A DNA stretch of 63,543 bases, the filler included, from Basidioascus undulatus (Eukaryota), in assembly GCA_000826855.1 (NCBI GenBank). It is 7 parts of 7 records of this genome, joined end to end, with 100 filler letters (N's around TTAATTAATTAA, not from the genome) between each part and the next. Parts side by side here need not be neighbours in the genome. Positions count along the whole stretch, not along the records: positions 57,521 to 63,543 come from JTLS01001823.1; 6 more parts are not named here. The stretch is one strand, 5' to 3'. This document shows positions 60,309 to 63,543 of the stretch, one piece after another. The notes below the pieces were generated by a model that saw only the letters and a program-made list of their open reading frames with translations, was not told where the DNA came from and did no database searches. The first letter of the stretch is position 1; every line of letters starts with the position of its first letter. The position numbers and the translations under genes are program-made.

Positions 60309-60899
60309 ACGCTGTGTCCGAATTTCTCCTTCTCTTTTCCCTTCCCTCGTTCTCAGGGATGTGAAATAGATCACGACTACTAGATACATCCAAACCTTTT
60401 TTTCGAACATGTTTGCGCTGCGGAACGTGAGAAAGAAAAATGGTGGTCATGTCCGGACGTGCAGATACCGACGGACCGCGGGACTTTCAACTGCTGCAGG
60501 CAAATGCGAGGCAGGCATGACCAAGTCTGGAAGTTGTGCTGCTCGCACAAGCCAATGAAAGGTCAAATAACAAAGTATACATGACGAAGAAGGCTGGTAA
60601 AGCGGGATGTTGAGTAGCCGTGCGTGAGATTGGGCTGGGAGTACAAAAGCCAGCACAGGTCGGTCAACCTGTTTCATAACAATCAAGACGCAAAATCAGA
60701 CCACCCGAGACTTAACACCGCCGCAGCTCAACCCAAAGCAGCTGTCAGTTTTCCCTTTTGCCTTTCTAGCCCAGGCCGCTTCTACCCTCGCCACTGCCGC
60801 TTTCTCTGCCATGGCCGTCGCAAGCCCTTCCGAGAAACAGCTCATTTGTGCTCGTTTCCTCTAGCGCACCGGATTGCAAGCAATACTGTCCGGGCAGTT

Positions 60900-62424
60900 A
60901 CCGGGCGTCAAGTAGTCCGAAGTACGCTTGAGGCGGCTGAGGGGTTGGACTTCGAGAAATTAGGCAGTTATCAAGGCGAGACAAACTGTGGCGTGCGAGC
61001 GGCCTGTGTGGCAGAAGACGGCAGCAGACAACCATCTTATTGGACGTGAAGCGTCATTCTCAGACCAGGTATAGTTAGAAATGTAAAATGCAATATTCGA
61101 TCGACAATAATATTCGATCGACAATAACATAGAACAAGAACCTTCGATGTCCGGAGAGCCCACACGCCGAAGCCATCTATCCAAAGTGCACAACAACATG
61201 CCCAAAACTACATCACGAAAACACCCTGAACACTATTCTAGCGTCAGCCTCTCTCGCGGACAAGGCCCATGAAAGAGACACTGAATGAGAGTAAAACTGA
61301 CTGTATTTGGGAGGAATATCTGACAGTAAATATTTCAGTAACTCGAGTCGGGCCGAAGTACATTAGACATTATTATCAGGGAAGGACGACGCACCGGAGC
61401 TGAGATGCAACGAGACAAGCGGAGGATGTGCTTCGCGCTCTCCTGAGGCGTGTACGGCAAGCGGGGGAACAGGACGACTGAACGATAGGTTCGAGTAAAA
61501 TGCCGAGTTAGATAATTATGGCGCTGTATAAAGTAAAGGTGTATATCTTCCCAAAAAGTTCAGCATGGTCGGAAGCAAGTGTGCGCAGGAAGTGCCATCC
61601 GGGAATTGACCTGATTGTATTGTCTGAAGCAAAGCAAGCAAGGGTGTGTACACGAGGACACTATCACAGTTAGTTATACTCAATCATCTGAACGTTGTGC
61701 TTAGAAGGTAAAGACATACTGTGAAGCGAACACAGCGTGATCCGATTCACGGAACACAGTTGCAACGGAAACGACCTGTCCGATGATTCCATGGTACACG
61801 TTTTGGAAGAAAAATGAAAAAAACGCTTCATCCTTAAAGATGACGTCTGGATGTCCAGCATCTTGTAGCCAGAAGGACACGCGTGCAGTCAGGTCGTTGA
61901 TTCTACCAACGGACTCAGCCTCCATAAACTTGTGGTAGGTATCGATTGTTGAACCGCGTACTAGGGGCCTCGAAAACCCCGTACTGCAGATGTGACTGAG
62001 TGCGTCCCGTTGCAACCGCCGTTGCTGACGAGGCACCGAACAAATGAGGCGTTAGCGATACCAAACTATGCCTGAGTCAACGGAAGAGTGAACGTGAAAG
62101 CTTAACAAAGACGTACGCACATCAGTCGTGGCGAGTATAATAGCGACCCGTTGAGTTGAAGGCGACAGCGAGGTGGTTCCCGATCTGCGGAGAAGGTCCG
62201 CGGCAGCTTGCAACGACGCAATCAAATCGTTCAGAGTGGGACCAGGAGGGCGATGCTCTGTATACAGGAGTCAACTAGCGTCTAATCCAAATTGATGTCA
62301 GCAGACTCGAGACTCTCACCTGGCTGAACATCAACACCATCGGTAGAAACACAATGCAAAACTGAAAGACAGAAATACGAGGTATAGGCTCTTTACCAGT
62401 TGGATTGGACGAGAAAGTCCTCAT
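60900..62424 (-). pseudogene. Possible degenerate adenylation (AMP-binding)/NRPS-like gene
   Basis: Intron-containing relic with TLNDLIASLQAAADLL..RVAIILATTD, RLQRDALSHI, FQNVYHGIIG, LLPTMLNFL; loose resemblance to basidiomycete NRPS-like A domains; many stops. Confidence 0.3.
61094..61127 (+). repeat. 17-bp tandem duplication TATTCGATCGACAATAA
   Basis: Read directly from the sequence. Confidence 0.85.
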
Positions 62425-62862
62425 TTTATGGGGGGAAGACAGATAGGACAAGACGTCGCGGGAGTCGCTCTGAAGTCCACTGCACACAGGCTCTTCGGGT
62501 TGATAAATTGCGGGCCTATGACATGAGTAACAATGAATTTCATACAAGCCAGAAGGCAATTCTATGCCTGGTTGTCACGGCCAGAAGCCCAGGTGCGTGC
62601 AGAGCGCCTTGTCATACACCTCTTACCAAAAACAACAACACCGTTTGATACCCTGCAAACCCTCTAATTATCCACACCGGAAACCAGGGCAACTGAGCCT
62701 GGTAAATTATCCACAGATCTTTCTGGAAACGGGGTAAGGGTGTATCGCAGATATTAAAAGTGGGAGCGTGCAACGGGGACGCGTGCTTGTCGCGCGTTCG
62801 CGTCTTCCCTCTCTTGACCACCGACCGCAACGTATTCCTTACTGCCAAAAATCTGGATCATC

Positions 62863-63543
62863 ATGCCCACCGCAACCTCCGATATTTTTCCCCTCCACTC
62901 AGCCTTTTCTCAAGCGCAGGCCCAGTACGCCGAGCGTAGTCCAAAGTCGCTTGCAGCTTTTCAGGCAGCCAGCGAGAGCCTCCCGGGCGGCAGTACGCGT
63001 TCTTCGATCTTTGTCCATCCTTTCCCACTCTTTGTCCAAGCGAGAAGCGGGAGCACTTTGACGGACCTTGACGGGCACCATTATACCGATTTGTGAGCCT
63101 CAAGTGCACTACTCGTGCCGCTGAGGATTGGCTGACGGGGCTTTGTTTTGTGCAGCGTCGGGAGTCCGTCATAGACAGTTCGTCACACCCGGTAGTGGGT
63201 ACCATACTGTACTACTACCCGGCGGGGACTTCACTTCCGGCGTAGGCCACTCCTTCGCCTCATTAACAATGACAAATGCTTACCAAACTTAAATATCACC
63301 TCTATCAGATTTATGGTAACGAACCCGATAATCCGCAAAGCGATAATTGAGGCTCTCCACGCTGGCATTCAAGTACTTACACGCACCTTTGGATTCATCG
63401 TATTTTCCGCTAACGGCAACGTAATGCTCACAGCTCGGAGCTCACACCTCCGACGAAGCTCGCTTGCCGTCGCTGCTTCGACAACGTTTCCCCTCCATCG
63501 AATCATCCGTTTCGCCAATTTCGGAACCGAAGCCAAGGTGCTC
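62863..63543 (+). pseudogene. Class-III PLP aminotransferase (GSA 2,1-aminomutase-like), frameshifted and 3'-truncated
   Basis: LPGGSTRSSIFVHPFPLFV..GSTLTDLDGHHYTDF; GDFTSG; YG/NPIIRKAI; LGAHT..RFPSIE/IRFANFGTEAK (consensus RF.NSGTEAN); 1-nt frameshifts at about 63319 and 63505. Confidence 0.8.

Overview
Eukaryotic, intron-rich fungal DNA; splice signals and gene content suggest a basidiomycete (inference). The window is not one locus. It is seven contigs (1-6049, 6150-12185, 12286-39046, 39147-45172, 45273-51297, 51398-57420, 57521-63543) joined by artificial 100-nt N44-TTAATTAATTAA-N44 spacers, and contig 1 ends in an Illumina adapter. Apparently intact or contig-truncated genes: CARM1/PRMT4-like arginine methyltransferase, METTL3/IME4 m6A methyltransferase, syntaxin, Ap4A phosphorylase, REX2 oligoribonuclease, HRD3/SEL1, DUF3445 protein, ankyrin+dilute-domain protein, TRM5, a CoA-binding protein, a C2H2 zinc-finger protein and three tRNAs (Leu-AAG, Val-TAC, Val-AAC). 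The main biological signal is selective decay of accessory genes. About nine F-box-like/LRR genes all appear broken, including a four-member paralogue array around REX2 with a shared 5' leader. There is also a PsiK/APH-fold kinase whose catalytic loop is deleted in frame, an HglS/YdcJ-like gene with a frameshift, and a relic secondary-metabolite neighbourhood (NRPS C domain, possible adenylation-domain relic, class-III aminotransferase). A structured, Pol III-like small-RNA candidate lies at about 54755-54980. All family calls come from motif recognition by eye; no database search was run.
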